Part shown: positions 10,505 to 23,497 of the stretch, in pieces
How positions within the stretch are numbered: position 1 is the stretch's first letter
Layout of the letters: each line of letters opens with the position of its first letter
Source of the DNA: Balamuthia mandrillaris
Taxonomy: Eukaryota
Assembly: GCA_031835245.2 (NCBI GenBank)
Contig: JAVKOQ020000054.1
Coordinates: 1 to 64,000 of the forward strand
DNA length: 64,000 nt
Direction: 5' to 3'
Program-made: the position numbers and the translations under genes
Notes under the pieces: model-generated
Databases searched by the model: none
Told to the model about the DNA's origin: nothing
The model's input: the letters and a program-made list of their open reading frames with translations, nothing else

Positions 10505-11221
10505 ATGTCTGCCACAAGGAACAACGTTTGTGGTAGCTGCCTTAGTTGGACCAGTCTGGTCTTGCTCTTCGTCTCCTTGGTCATTCCTTGGTACCTCATC
10601 ACCACACACATTGAGAACATCGACACTGGCTTGGTGTGCACAGCGACAAATGTTACCTTTTGGGCTCATTCTGTGTGCGCCTCTCAGGGAGATTGCGATC
10701 ATGAACAAGTCTGTGGAGAGGAGGATGTTCACGCCTTCTGGGGAGAGAAAGACAATCACTTGGGAACAGTCTTCGCTCCGACCTTCTTCCTAATGCTGCT
10801 CACCACCATCATCGCGTTGTTGGCTGCTCTGATATTCTCCGCTCGCTGTTGTTGCATGCAAGCATCTTCTCCCCGATCAGCAATGCTCACCAAGGCTGCC
10901 CTCCTCTTAGCCGTTTTGGGCGTGCTGGCGCTCACCATAGCAATCATCATCTTTGCTGCCCTCTTGCCCAACGCTTGGAAGGCCAGTGTGGATGACGAGA
11001 CGGAGGCCGTCAAAGGACCTTGGGACAGCTTCATTGGCCATGATGAACGGGAGTTCAACATACCGGAGGTAATCAGTATTAAAACCAAGTTTGTGTGGGC
11101 TCCAGTGGGGTGGTGGTTTGCCATCCTGGCATGGCCGTTCTTAGTGGGAACCACCATTGCTCTTTTCACTGCTGAACGCTCAGTCCGCACAGAACATGCC
11201 TATTCCATTATCAACCAATGA
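10505..11221 (+). CDS. Four-TM claudin/amastin-like membrane protein, intronless
   Basis: Four hydrophobic segments; Cys-rich first loop after PWY. Confidence 0.7.
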   Translation: MSATRNNVCGSCLSWTSLVLLFVSLVIPWYLITTHIENIDTGLVCTATNVTFWAHSVCASQGDCDHEQVCGEEDVHAFWGEKDNHLGTVFAPTFFLMLLTTIIALLAALIFSARCCCMQASSPRSAMLTKAALLLAVLGVLALTIAIIIFAALLPNAWKASVDDETEAVKGPWDSFIGHDEREFNIPEVISIKTKFVWAPVGWWFAILAWPFLVGTTIALFTAERSVRTEHAYSIINQ

Positions 11222-11516
11222 ATTACATAGCTTTTTGTTCTCCCTTCTGTTGTGCTGACTAGACAACCACAGAGGTTTGCTTTAATAAATGATGAAGATG
11301 AAGAGAAGAGAAGAGAACGACGAAGAGACCTTTCCCCTGGAGCTGGAAACCCCTGGGGGTTTCATCCCTTAGCACAAACGTTACAAGTTAGTTCGTTTTG
11401 CGCAAAAAATGGTTTGGCGAAAAGGCAAAGGAGGAGAAGACGAAGCTGGCGAGGTGTTTTCTTAGTTCAGCGAACAACTTTTTTGGGGGTTACAAGGTGA
11501 GTGTAAAAAGAACCAA

Positions 11517-12247
11517 ATGTTGAATACTCACAAGAACTCGGCTCAAGAGTGGCAGCTGCTTGAGGATGACGAGCGAGCAAGCATCAGCACAGAAGAGTTG
11601 GACGTTGGTCGCCCAGGCAAAGTGGCCTTCCTGCTGCACAACGTCCTCTCTCCTTCAGAGTGCGAACAGCTGATTAGCTGGACCGAAAAGAAGGGCTACC
11701 GCAACACCGGCTATCACCCAGGCTACCGCAGCAACACCCGCGTTATCATCGACGACGAGGATCTGATGCAACTGATCTGGCAAAGGGTCAAAAGCTTCGT
11801 GCCTTCCACTTGGGGCTATGAAGACTTCACTTGGGATGCCGTTGGCCTCAACGAACGTTGGCGGTTTTGCAGGTTTTGTTTTTTTTTTTTTTTTTCTTAG
11901 TGAACGACGTCTCTTCACCACCCTTTGTTTTTTCTTCTGTTTCTAACTTCCACCTCTCCGCACCCAAAAGGTATGTCAAAGGACAACATTTCGATGCTCA
12001 TAACGACGCCTGTTTCCGCAGAAGCGATAAAGAGAGAAGCTTCCTAACGTTCATGCTGTACCTGAACGACGTTTGCGAGGGAGGAACCACCAACTTCCTT
12101 ACCACTAAACCCAAGCTCAAGGTGGCGCCCAAGGCAGGCACCGCCCTCGTCTTTCAGCACAACATCTACCACGAAGGAGAGGAACTGCGTGATGGAAAGA
12201 AGTACATCATGCGCTCTGATGTCATGTATCTTCAAAGCGAAGAGTAG
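11517..12247 (+). CDS. 2OG-Fe(II) oxygenase (prolyl-4-hydroxylase-like), one intron at 11873-11970
   Basis: GLNERWRFCRY, HND, LYLND..GGTTNF, HEGE, KYIMRSDV; GT-AG intron. Confidence 0.9.
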
Positions 12248-12302
12248 CTGTATATCTTGTACAAACTGTTGTAGTTTTGTCGAAAGAGAAAGGAAAGGAG
12301 GC

Positions 12303-13545
12303 TTATACCCCCTCTTCTCTCAAGGAAGAGAGAGGGCGTGGAGGTATGATGGTTAGCGACTGTTCTACCGGATAGGTGCTCATTGCCAGGTGTACACCTG
12401 CTCTTCCGCCTTGCTTCGCCAATAACTTTGTGATGCCTGTAACGGAAGGTCTTGCGCGACCGCTCTCTACCCTCCTTCCGTTGATGTAAAAGTTGAGGGA
12501 ACCTTCCCACAGCTCGTCCTGCAAGTCAATGACCATGCTTATCTCGTCTCCATCCTTCCATTCAGGAAGATTCGAAACATACCGCGAGTCTCCTCTGTGA
12601 AAGAGAGGAAAGAGAGGAAAGAGAGGAATAAGAGAGAGAAAGTTAAGAGAGGAGAGAGGAGAGAGGAGAACGATGAAGAGAGAAGAGAGAGAGAAGAGAA
12701 GTGAGATACGTGATCTGATCCGTTTCGCAAGAAATCATGTCCTGGGGCCATCTTCTCATCTTTCCGTTGGACCAAAGACTCCATCCTTTGCAACTAATGT
12801 CGCTGTGGGTAGCTGATCTTTCGGTAGCGGTTCTCTCTGGGACAAAGCCCAACGCCGTTGATCCAACCGTTGGAGAGCCTCGTTGGTTGAAGCGAACGGT
12901 AATCACTCTCTTGCTAGCGTTTTGGGAGAGGCACTGCTCTGAAAAAACAGTAGCCCAGCCCGATCCTTCTTCCACCGCGGAGTACCGAGCACAAAAACGA
13001 AAATGAGAACAAGGCCGACAAACTAAAAACAAAAATAATATGACAAGAGTACCTTTTGTGGGGTCGAGGCTGACCTGCTTGTTATTGTGTTGCAGCAATA
13101 TCCGTGGGGATGCATACGTGGTGGACCAGGACCAGGCCACCCAATCCCGGTAGGCATCTTTCCAGTTGGACAACCCCGGAGGAAGAACCAAGCCGCCACC
13201 AGCCGTGGTTTCTGTCGTGGAGGTGGCCGAAGAACTGCCGAGGGACAGGCAAAGGTCTCGCCACACAAAGTCGGAGGAGCTGGCCACCAGCCACGCCTTG
13301 CACACGGTAGCGCTTTTGCAGAGGTCCGCGGCGGGGAGGTAGGACAGGATAAGCACCAGGAGCTCAAAGGGCAAGTCGAACAACCAGCAGGGAACCTGGT
13401 CGTAGTTGCTCAGGTCCACCGCTTGACCTTTTGCCTGCTCTGCTTCGTTCATGGTGGCGGTGGCGGTGACGGCGGTAGCAGCGACAGCGGGGCTGGTGGT
13501 GGCACTACCTTGGGCTTTCCTCTTTTTGCGTGTCAGACGTGTCAT
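12303..13545 (-). CDS. F-box protein with possible SPRY-like C-terminus (spliced)
   Basis: LPFELLVLILSYLPAADLCKSATVCKAW is an F-box; downstream beta-rich exons. Confidence 0.8.
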
Positions 13546-13907
13546 TTGGGTTTGCAGCTTTCTTTTTTTTTGTTTTGTGTGTATAGCTCTACCAATAGAA
13601 AAACAAATCCTGGTGCCTTAATCATTCCACTGTTTGATTTCCGGTTGGCCCATTATGCTTGTCGGCCAACAGCCGTTCTTCCTCAACTACAGCGGCTCAA
13701 TGCTTTGATCGGTTACTGAAAGTTTCAAACCACCAATCAAAAATCAAAACAGAGGCTTTATCTTACCATAAAAAGGCCATTTCTGTTGTCTTTTTCTTTG
13801 TCTCATCTCTAGCAGAGATCTTTCACGTCGACAAAAAATCATTGCTCCGCTTTACTTCCTCAACCCATAACGTCTCATATTGAAACGAAATCCAAAACGA
13901 AAAGGAG

Positions 13908-14954
13908 ATGCAAGAACGGACGAGGAAGACGCTCATGTGGAGCATGAGCTGCTGCTTGCTGGCATGTTCAGCCCTTTTGTTGTGGTATTTTTCTGATTCT
14001 GCTCGGAAGGACGCTGCTTTTTTCCCGTCTTCCCCTCCTCCTCCCCGCAAGGCAGCGGACGCTGCCGTTGATCTGCAGCGCCTCAACTTTCCTACTTCCG
14101 CTGTATCTACTTCTTCCGTTTCTTCATCACCTCTCCCATTACGGGGTTCGGCTCGGCCTTTATTCGACTTTGAGAGTGGTGCAGAGTTTTACGAGAAGCC
14201 CTACCCTCACTTCGTGAAATACAACGCGCTGGACCCCAGTTTATTTGAGTTGCTTGACCGGGAATATCCACCCATACCGCGTCGGATAGGCGATCGTTAC
14301 AACCCTACAGGCCATAAGTCTATTCCGGATGGGAGCAGCCTCTTCAGAAAGGTCACTAAGGAGTCGCTCGCCTGGGCAAAGTTGTTGAACTTTGCCCACT
14401 CCCAAGAGTTCGTGGACCTTGGGGTTAGGCTGTTTGGAAAGTATTTCAAAGAAGAGGCAAGATGCCTGGTTGAACCAGAGAAGCTGGTTTACAAATATCA
14501 CTCCGAAGATAACTCTTCGGTCAACCTTACCGACCTGGTAGCGATACGGAATAGGATAAAGACAGGACAGGAAAAGGTGGTGTCGCGGAACGAGGTCTTC
14601 TCTCGAATGGACTTCTTTCACGGACGACCAATTAAGTATGTATTCCCTCCTCATCGGGACTATCCTCACCGGTTGTTTGCCATTCTTCTTTACTTTGATG
14701 CGCTTAACGAGACCACCGGTGGAAGTCTCTCAATAATGGAGGAGCGTGGTCCTGGAGAATATAGCCTCGTTCGAAAGATCTACCCTGCTCCCAACCTGGC
14801 TGTGTTTATGGCATCGGGGCTGCCGCACTCTGTACATTCGGCGGACCAATACGTAGGCCCTGGGTTAAGGCGAATGGTCCATTTCCAAGTTTCTGCAGAC
14901 TACAGCGTCTGTAGGGATGATATTGACTCGTACCAGGTCAAAGAAGAAGATTAG
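13908..14954 (+). CDS. Membrane-anchored 2OG-Fe(II) oxygenase-like protein, intronless
   Basis: N-terminal TM segment; PHRD, ILLYF, PAPNLAVF, SVHS and RR motifs. Confidence 0.75.
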   Translation: MQERTRKTLMWSMSCCLLACSALLLWYFSDSARKDAAFFPSSPPPPRKAADAAVDLQRLNFPTSAVSTSSVSSSPLPLRGSARPLFDFESGAEFYEKPYPHFVKYNALDPSLFELLDREYPPIPRRIGDRYNPTGHKSIPDGSSLFRKVTKESLAWAKLLNFAHSQEFVDLGVRLFGKYFKEEARCLVEPEKLVYKYHSEDNSSVNLTDLVAIRNRIKTGQEKVVSRNEVFSRMDFFHGRPIKYVFPPHRDYPHRLFAILLYFDALNETTGGSLSIMEERGPGEYSLVRKIYPAPNLAVFMASGLPHSVHSADQYVGPGLRRMVHFQVSADYSVCRDDIDSYQVKEED

Positions 14955-15094
14955 GCAGACTACCACCTCATTCTTTCCTCTCTTCGTCATCTCTCACCTC
15001 TACTTATGAAAATAGTTCACCAAATGTCCACAGAAGTGTTCTTTTGACGTTACCCACTTCGAGCTTCCTGGAAGGGAAACAAAAGACACAATAT

Positions 15095-16261
15095 TTACAA
15101 GTGATATGATGGCGAGACAAGACGGCCACCCTGAATGATAATATCTTCAGGGCGGAGTGGCTTCCCTTGGAAGAAGTTGGTGAGGATGTCCTTTACGCCA
15201 GCCGCGTAGCGAGCCTGTGCGTCAAGCGTGGTCCCTGAGTAGTGAGGCGTGAGGGCATGGCGGGGCATCCTGCGCCAGGGATGATTTGGAGGAGCAGGTT
15301 GAGGATACCACACATCTCCTGCATAGCCTGCCAGGTGTCCGCTTTGTAACGCATTGGCCAGAGCTTCCGTGTCCACGATCTTGCCTCGAGCCGTGTTCAC
15401 AAGGTAACACCCTTTCTTCATGGATGAGAGGAGGCGATGATCAAACAGACGGTCCGTGCGCGAAGTGAGAGGGGTGTTGATGGTCACGATGTCGCACTGG
15501 CTGACCAACGACTCCAACTCCACATAGGTCACTCCAAGTGCTCTCTCTTGCTCAGGAGAGAGCCGCTGGTAGTCATGGTAGAGCATCTTGACCCCAAAAG
15601 GTTGCAGCCTCTGGCATATGCGCTGTCCTATCCTACCACAACCGACTGTGCCCACCACTTTACCTTCCAGATCGAAGGCCTCACGGGCGATATCGGCTAC
15701 CTTCCACTCCCCGTTTACCACTTGCTGGTAGGCTGGCACAAAGTTGCGCACCAGGATGAGGATCTGCATGACCACATGCTCGGCCACGCTGGAGACATTG
15801 CTGCCAGTGACCTCAGCAACCGTTATCCCCGCCTGCCGCGCCGCCTCCAGGTCTACATGGTCTGAGCCCACCCCTGCAGTGACCACCATCTTCAAGTTGG
15901 GTCCCTTGGCTATCCTCTCCTTGGTCACGTAGGCCGGATGGAAGGGCGTCGTGATAAGCACGTCGGTGGTGGGTAGCTCTTTGTCCAACGCTTGCTCCTT
16001 GTCAGTGAGAACCTTGTACTCATGCCCTTGGCTCTGAAGCATCTCTCTGAGGCCCAGTCCGTTCTCTGCGCAGCCAAGCAGGCGAGGCTCTCTTCTGGCG
16101 GCCTCACCACCTGGATAGAGCACGGCTACTATCTTGTCCCTTCTTGTTGGAGTACTGCTGAACAAACGGGAGGAGGAGGGAGCCGTTGCAGGTCTCCAAG
16201 CCTTGAAGCTGTTGCATCCAGCGGCCACGGTGGCCCCCAGTGTCGCCCTATTCCCAAACAT
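15095..16261 (-). CDS. fdh: NAD-dependent formate dehydrogenase with probable mitochondrial presequence
   Basis: ITTPFHPAY, AGVGSDHVDL, GCGRIG, NTARG, GDVWYPQPAP, TPHYSGTTLDAQARYA. Confidence 0.96.
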   Translation of the reverse strand: MFGNRATLGATVAAGCNSFKAWRPATAPSSSRLFSSTPTRRDKIVAVLYPGGEAARREPRLLGCAENGLGLREMLQSQGHEYKVLTDKEQALDKELPTTDVLITTPFHPAYVTKERIAKGPNLKMVVTAGVGSDHVDLEAARQAGITVAEVTGSNVSSVAEHVVMQILILVRNFVPAYQQVVNGEWKVADIAREAFDLEGKVVGTVGCGRIGQRICQRLQPFGVKMLYHDYQRLSPEQERALGVTYVELESLVSQCDIVTINTPLTSRTDRLFDHRLLSSMKKGCYLVNTARGKIVDTEALANALQSGHLAGYAGDVWYPQPAPPNHPWRRMPRHALTPHYSGTTLDAQARYAAGVKDILTNFFQGKPLRPEDIIIQGGRLVSPSYHL

Positions 16262-16685
16262 GATGAGGAGGGTAAGAGATGTGTTTGTTCCAGTTGACCA
16301 AAGAAAGAAGCAGTGGCGAGAGGCAAAGAATGAAGTATTCCTTTTGGTGCGACCAAGGGCGTGTAACGAAGACTAGATGGAAACTTGAGGATGGGTTTCT
16401 TTTATATGACACCAATGGGGTTGGGCTTTGGTTGGTGGAACTCGCAGAAAACCGGCCTTAAAAGGGGGTTTGGTGCTAAAAACAGAGGCCACCACCTGAA
16501 TTATTGTTGCTTTCGTGTAGATTTTCGACTCCACTGGAGGGTGAGACCCAGAGTGAAAGGAGAGAGGAATGGGGAAAGAGAAAGAGAAGCATTGTAGCAC
16601 AACCAGAGTTAACAAATAGCACAACGGGAAATGTGCAAAAAATAATATCTATAAAATAATAAGCAGCAGAAGTATGTACAAGCAT

Positions 16686-17215
16686 TTAACTCTTCTTCCT
16701 GGCTATCCACACAAGTGAAAGGTAGGCAATGATACGGAAGAAAAAGAAGAGCAAGAGCAAGAGCAAAAAGTTGGACCAGATGTTGATAAAGTCCGTGTCA
16801 AAGTTGAGGTTTTCGATGGCGGTCTCTCCGTCAGGAACAGGACAGTTGCCTCCGCTCCTGTCTCTCTCTGCCTGCGTGCACGTGAAGACCAGCCCATCAA
16901 ACTCGTTCAAGACCAAGATCTCAAAGCCGTACTTGAAAAGACTGAGGAACTGGATCCAACGCAACCAGTCCGGCACCGAGTCTTGGTTCAGGAAGAGACC
17001 TCCCGTCAACATGAGGGGGATGAAGACCAGAGGGGCTAGCGCCATGGAGGTGCCCATGTCGGGAGCACCCGCCGAGATGGCAAGACCGAGAGATTGGGCG
17101 ACTTGAGCCACGAGCACCACACAAGCCAAGAAGATGAAGAACTTTTCTACATCAGCATCCAAACCGACCTTTAAGGAAACAACGACTCAGTTGGTTTTTG
17201 AGCATTAAAAAGTTG

Positions 17216-17261
<46 letters not shown>

Positions 17262-19079
17262 AGAAATAGGTACCATCCAGTAGGTGATGAGACAAAAGAT
17301 GATGGGAAAGACGGTCATGAAGGGCAGGTCAGCAATGCTTTTGCTGAGGAAGTAGGCCAGTGTTCCGTAGGCTCCACTCGAGTGTTCTCGTATAAACACG
17401 CCTCGTTCCTCTGGAAACATCACCAATGTTGTCATCATCGATCCCATAGCCTGATTCACCACGATAAAGAACAAAGCACCTTTTAAGAGAGAGAGAGAAG
17501 TGTGTTAGCTAAATTAAGGGAGGGGAGAGAGAGAGAGAGAGAGAGAGAACAGAACAGAACAGAACAGAACAGAACAGAACAGAACAGAACAGAACAGAAC
17601 AGAACAGAACAGAACAGAACAGAACAGAACAGAACAGAACAGAACAGAACAGAACAGAACAGAACAGAACAGAACAGAACAGAACAGAACAGAACAGAAC
17701 AGAACAGAGAGGAAATTACCTTGTCTGTCTTGAACAGACTCTTGGTCCTTTGAGAGATCAAAGTAGAGAACGCCGACTAACAAGCCCAAGACAAGCGTTT
17801 GGATGAAACGAACGGTGGTCAACATAGGATTACGGATGGAGGTCAGCAACGACCGCCATGTGAGCACCATCAGCTGGAAGAGCCAATTTGGCGATTTAGG
17901 TGTTTCCAGTCTGCTGATGGAGGAACCGAGCTCGCTACCGTGACCCTCGTCGTCGCTGTCCAGGTTTACTGGTTCGATCGGCTTCTTTTTCTTCTTCTCC
18001 TTTTGGCTGTTTCTTAGCCGCAGGAAACTTCCTCTCAGCCCTTTTTCTCCCTTGGACTTCTCTCCGACGGGTTCGAGGGCGGTTGCTCCTTCCTTCTCTT
18101 TGGGTTCATCTCCTTCGTCTTCGGTAAGGTCCCCCTCTACCAAAGAACCCAAGCCAAGCTCTTCGTCAGAAAGCGGTGGAAGCTTCTTCGTCTCTCTGTA
18201 ATGACGAACCAATGCTCTGACTCTGACTTTGCCTTCGGATTTGCTGGATATGTGGCTGTCGCTTTTAGCAAGATCCACTGCAAAGTGTCACCAAAATTTG
18301 TGGTTAGAAGAAAGAACGAAAAGATGGAAAGAATGGAGAAGAACGAAACTGATATACTCAGCTGGGTTTGTGTATTTAGGGCACTTGTAACCAATAGAAG
18401 CAAAGTATGGAACAATCTTGGACGGCGGACCTAATGATGAGAATGTTAGAATAGCTAGAAGAGGAGGCAGGAGGATGGGAGAGAACAAAAACCATTGTAA
18501 ATTATGTTGCCATGGGTCATGAGAATAAGACGATCAAAGAGAGCGAGGATGTCGCTGCTCGGTTGATGGATCGTTGTGATGATGGTTCTTCGCGCCATCG
18601 CAAGCTTCTTTAGCGTCTCCACCAGCGTGAACGCAGTAGAACTGTCCAAGCCGCTCGTCGGTTCATCCAAGAACAACACACTAGGGTCGGTAATGAGCTC
18701 CATGCCGATGGAAGTTCGTTTGCGCTGACCGCCAGAAATGCCTCTCCTCTCCACGCTACCGATGTGCGTAGCAGAGCACTCCTCTAAACCCAACTCCTCG
18801 ATCAAGCTCTGCACTTTTTCCTGTCGTTTGTTGCCACGAACACCACCAGGAAGCCTCAAACGAGCGGAGAAGGTGAAGGCCTCTTGTGGGGTGAGGAAGC
18901 CGAGCAGCACGTCGTCCTGCATGATGTAGGCGCTGAGCTTGCGCCATTTGCGAAGACTGATCTGCTTTCTGGGTCGGCCGTTGATCAGGAAGTTGCCGTC
19001 GATCTTGCCCGACTGAACTCGTCCGGCCAAAATGTTCAACAAAGTAGTCTTTCCCGCTCCTTTTTGTTGTTTAGTGAGT

Positions 19080-19130
<51 letters not shown>

Positions 19131-19656
19131 AAGGTTTGGCCCCAACAAAAAAACTAAGAATAAAGAACAAGAGGAGAAACAAAAGCGAAAAAGACGAACC
19201 GGAGGGACCAATGATGGCAGTGACTTCTCCAGGACGGAAGCAGCCGTGTAGGTTGTGGAGGATGGTCTTGTCAACCGTCTTGCGAAAGGGGTTCTTGCCG
19301 GGAGGCTTCACCTTCACCGTGAAGTAGAGTTGAGAGAAGGAAATGGTGACCGGCAGCACATCGGTGATCTTCACTTTGCCCTCGCCAAAGGTGCTGGTTC
19401 TGAGCTTGGCTCGGGAGTCGAATATGCTGACGTCGTCCGGCAGTTCGCCCAATGAAGGAGGCACCTCTCTTTTCTTCTCTTTTGGTGGTTGTTCCTCGTC
19501 CGAGTCAGATTCATCTTCAGAGGAGGAGGAAGAAGGGACAGCGGCGATACGGCTGGGTTCTTCCTTGTTGGTGCCTGCCTGTGTTGGCTCGACAGAAAGC
19601 TCCGTCTCGGTCTCCGGCTCCGAAGCACTGGATGAAGAAGAAGAAGCTGACGACAT
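16686..19656 (-). CDS. ABCG (White-like) half transporter, multi-exon
   Basis: Walker A split by an intron (GPSG|AGKTTLL), ISGGQRKR, FLDEPTSGLD, TIHQP; C-terminal TMD with ERGVFIRE and YGFE. Confidence 0.95.
17546..17705. repeat. (AGAAC)32 intronic microsatellite
   Basis: Perfect pentamer array inside an ABCG intron. Confidence 0.95.
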
Positions 19657-20158
19657 CGTTTATTATTTTTTTTTGTTTCGTCACACTCTTCAATGGAAGG
19701 GACAGAGAAGAAAAATGCAGAGGCAGTTCTTGTCCCTTGAAGGTGGTCTTGTGGTAGGTGTTGGCGAAAGATAAAAAATGGGTGGAAGAAGGGGTAATGG
19801 AGGAACAACAGTTGTCTCTTTTAGCCAAAGGAGAGAAGCGATAACATTACCAGGAAAAGGCAGGGGCAATAACGCCGATAATATCCTTTATTGAACCATC
19901 GGGGGCTTGCAAATTTCCGAATCCTGCCAATTGGGTATGAAATTTCGTCATCCAAACAAATTTTTCCCCGGTTGTCCATTGATGCGATCCGCCAATAACC
20001 TGCAGAGAATCGCTCCGAGTGGTTTTCTCCTCGTCATTTTCTCCAAGCCGTGACGTCGATTTTCATCGCCTTGGTTTTTTTTTGGGGTTCGTGTTATATT
20101 TCGTTGGCTTGCAGGGGCACATGTGCCTTGCATTTTTAAAAAAAAAAAAAAAAACAGG

Positions 20159-21870
20159 TTATACACGAGACATGCCAAGAGCAGTAGGGATAATGGCAGT
20201 AGCAAAGCCAATGCAGCTGTAGGTCACAAACTTGGTCGGAATGTCGATGTCGTAACGTTGATAGGCGGTTTTGGGGATCTGCTTTTTGCTCCTATTCGTC
20301 GTCTTTGATGACGATGATAAAGACGACCGTCGAGAAGCCACTCCACCATCAAAAGCTATTGTTTCCTGTTCCCTCTTCTCCTTTTCTTTCATTTCCTCCT
20401 GTTCTCTCTTCTCCTCTGCTGATTTCCTTCTTTCTTCCTCTTCCCGTTGTCTTGTTTCTCTTTGTTTTGCGTTGTCCACTTCCCGTTCTTCTTCTTCGTC
20501 TACTTCCGCAAGCAACCGCTCCAAGTCCGCTTTGCTCAGCACGAGGCTACGCATGAGCCAGAGCATGATGTGCTTCACCCCCATGCGCACTGCAGAGAGG
20601 ATGAGATAGCCCACCAGGCATCGCACCACCAACAAGAGTGAGGGCGGGAGAGCCTCCAACCCTGCTCCACTTCCATTTACATCATCCATTTCCATGATTT
20701 GTTGCTGCATCTGTTCGTTTTGAGTCTCAGTCAACCACCCGCCAAAGAGGCTGCCATAGCTAACGCCGACGATGATGGTAGTGTCTCCAAAACTGCCTGA
20801 CCAGACTTTGGTTCGCGGGTAGAGGATCAGCAACACAAAAGCCACGATGGGTAGCACGATGGGTACGTTGGAGCTTTGGGCCAGCCACTCCTCCAGCTGG
20901 TCGTCAAAGGAGAGGAAGGCGGAAGTTAGTACGCCAGAGAGAATGAGCCCCGCGATGATATCCTCCACGAAATGCGCGCCCATGTAAAGTCTGCTGAGAC
21001 TAACCATCGCCGTCCATAGAGTGGCAAGAGTGAGGCCTGAAAATATTGATAAAGAATCAGAAAGTGCTTTTTTTTTTCATTTTTGCCAATGTGTCATTTT
21101 CGCACACTTCGTACTTCCTTTCTTTTTCTTGTTTTTCTTTCAAGGAGGGATAAGGAGATAGGGAGAAGAGAGAGAGTGTGTGTTGTGTGAAGAGACAAAA
21201 GGGACTAACCAATGGGAAGAGCGTAGTCAAAGCCCCAGTCTTGGTACGTAATGGCCACCAAGTAAAAAGATAAGGAAGCGGAACCCATGGTATGGGTCGA
21301 CGGAAGTCCATACTCGTTTTCATATTTGTTGACTTGATAAGAAAATTTTAGAACAGGCGGAGACGGAGGCCTTGGAAGCTTCAGTAGGTCCTGCGTAATG
21401 TATTGTCGTTTAGATGATGAGCAAGTTGAGTTGACAACGTATTTGGAAGAGAATACCTTCAGAGCTTGGCCCACATAGTAAACGAAAATCCAAAGCAGCA
21501 TCAACCTGATAAAGAGAGCGTGTTCATACAAAGCTTCATTCAACAAAAGCAAGTGAAGAATATATAACGCACTTTCGCCAATGTCCGCTTGTCCAGAGGA
21601 AAAAAGGGAGAAACAAGATGTAAAACAACTCCTCGCCCATCGTCGTTCCAAACACAAACAAAATGTGAAACCACATATTTGTCGGTTGTGCTAAGAGAGT
21701 CTCACTATCGCTTTGGTCTGGTGTCGGTTTTATGGTTTGTGTTTTGTTGTTATCTTGTTGTTTTGTTTGTCGAGGGATCAACCCACACCATCTTTGGAAC
21801 GTTGCTACTCTGCTTGCTCCTGTCATCACCTGCCAAGTTGAAAAAATGAGGATAAAGAGAAGGGAGTTGC

Positions 21871-21916
<46 letters not shown>

Positions 21917-22386
21917 AGGAAGAACGGAAGAACATAAACGAGAAGCAACAAAAAGCGAGCAAGCGAGAATAGAACAGAGAAAGGAGAGAACCTTGTGGAG
22001 CAAATATGGCCGGACATAGGTATCCAGAACCCGAGCAAATAGCGAGGTTGGATAGGCAGCCACCAACAGAAGCAAATGGATGGCTCCTTTTTTGACGGTT
22101 GGTGTTCATGTGGAGGTTATTTTATTTAATGTCAGCTTTTAGTTGACCCAAAAAAAAAAGGTAACGAAAATAAAACAAACAAACAAAAGGAGGTTGAGAA
22201 GGAGGCATCCTAAAGGATCGAAACGGAATGGAACAAAAAAAGAAAGCGGAAACTTGGGAGAACATTTTTTCGTACTAAGAAAAGGGGTGATGGTGGTTGG
22301 AGGAAGATGTGCATACCTTTCAACGAGAGGACGTCATGTTTCTGCAGAGTAACAGGGTCCACGAACTGCGTCTTCTGTTGCGCCAT
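20159..22386 (-). CDS. Sphingosine-1-phosphate phosphatase-like PAP2 protein, multi-exon
   Basis: K|DLLKLPRP, YGLPSTH, SRLYMGAH, GEELFY; first exon ATG at 22386 inferred from splice phase. Confidence 0.9.
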
Positions 22387-22682
22387 TTGTTTGTGTTGTC
22401 TGTGTTTCGTTGCGAGGAAAAAAAAACGAAAAAGAAATAATAACGGTGAGTTTTTGCGTGCGACGGGATGATCGTTAGTTAAACACGAGCAACGGAACTA
22501 GAACCTTTTGGTGTGTGTGGTGCCTGAGAGAACTTCCAATGGGACCGAAGCAACAACGGAGGAAGAAGCGACAGAGAGAAGGAAGAAAACCCCTATGAAC
22601 TCCTGTAGCAACAAAGGAAATTTTTACCCACCGTACCAAAACAAACAAGTTCGTACTCAAGCAAAGCGGAGAGAGAGAGAGA

Positions 22683-22722
<40 letters not shown>

Positions 22723-23497
22723 CGTTCCACCAACACCAACAAGCTAAAGAAAGAGCAGAAGAGATGATTTGTTCTTTTGGGAGGTGTTTTTTTTTTATCC
22801 ACGCTACGTTTTTTTTTGTTGCTGTTGCTGTTGTTTGCCTGTCAACTTACCACCCAAAAACAAAAAATAAAAGGCGCGAGCAAAAAAAGAGAGAAAAAAG
22901 CCGCCATAAAGCATAATGGGGTTTTCTGAAGGGGCGGGTGACAGCGGCAGGCATTTGCGCATTTTTTTTTGTTTTTTGAAGGGCGTAATTACGGGCCTTG
23001 TTTGAGGGGGCTTTCTGTCGGGCATTTGCGATTTAAATTGCTGAAATTTGGCCCGGGCCAATCGAAAATCGGCTAGGATGACTTTAAAAGGAGATAATAA
23101 TTCATAAAGTAAAACACCAAACACGTGCGTTTCGTTTTTTGTTTCTCCCATTAAGCTTCGCTCGAGCGAGAAAGCCACCTTCTTGGTACTGCATATCTTC
23201 GAAGGGCATTCCATTGGCGTCGTTTCGTTCTAGAAAATTAAAAAGAAAAAATAGAAGATAGAATAAATCAGTTGATACAAAACAAAGAAAAGAAACGAAA
23301 AAAACGAATAAATCAGTACATTACCCTCTTCGTTTCATTCTCCTTCCCATCACATTTTTCTTTCGAGCTCGATAGCAACCTCTCGTTGGAGAGAGAACAA
23401 TAAAGTTTTTGTTTGTTTTTGCCAAGAAAAAAAAGGAAAAAATGGGAACAGGAACGAGTGCAAGTTTCGTTTCGCTTTCTTTTTCTGTTGCACTCTC

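Noticed and set aside
19881..19890. U12-type donor ATATCCTTT
   Set aside because: Intergenic, with no matching exon or branch site.
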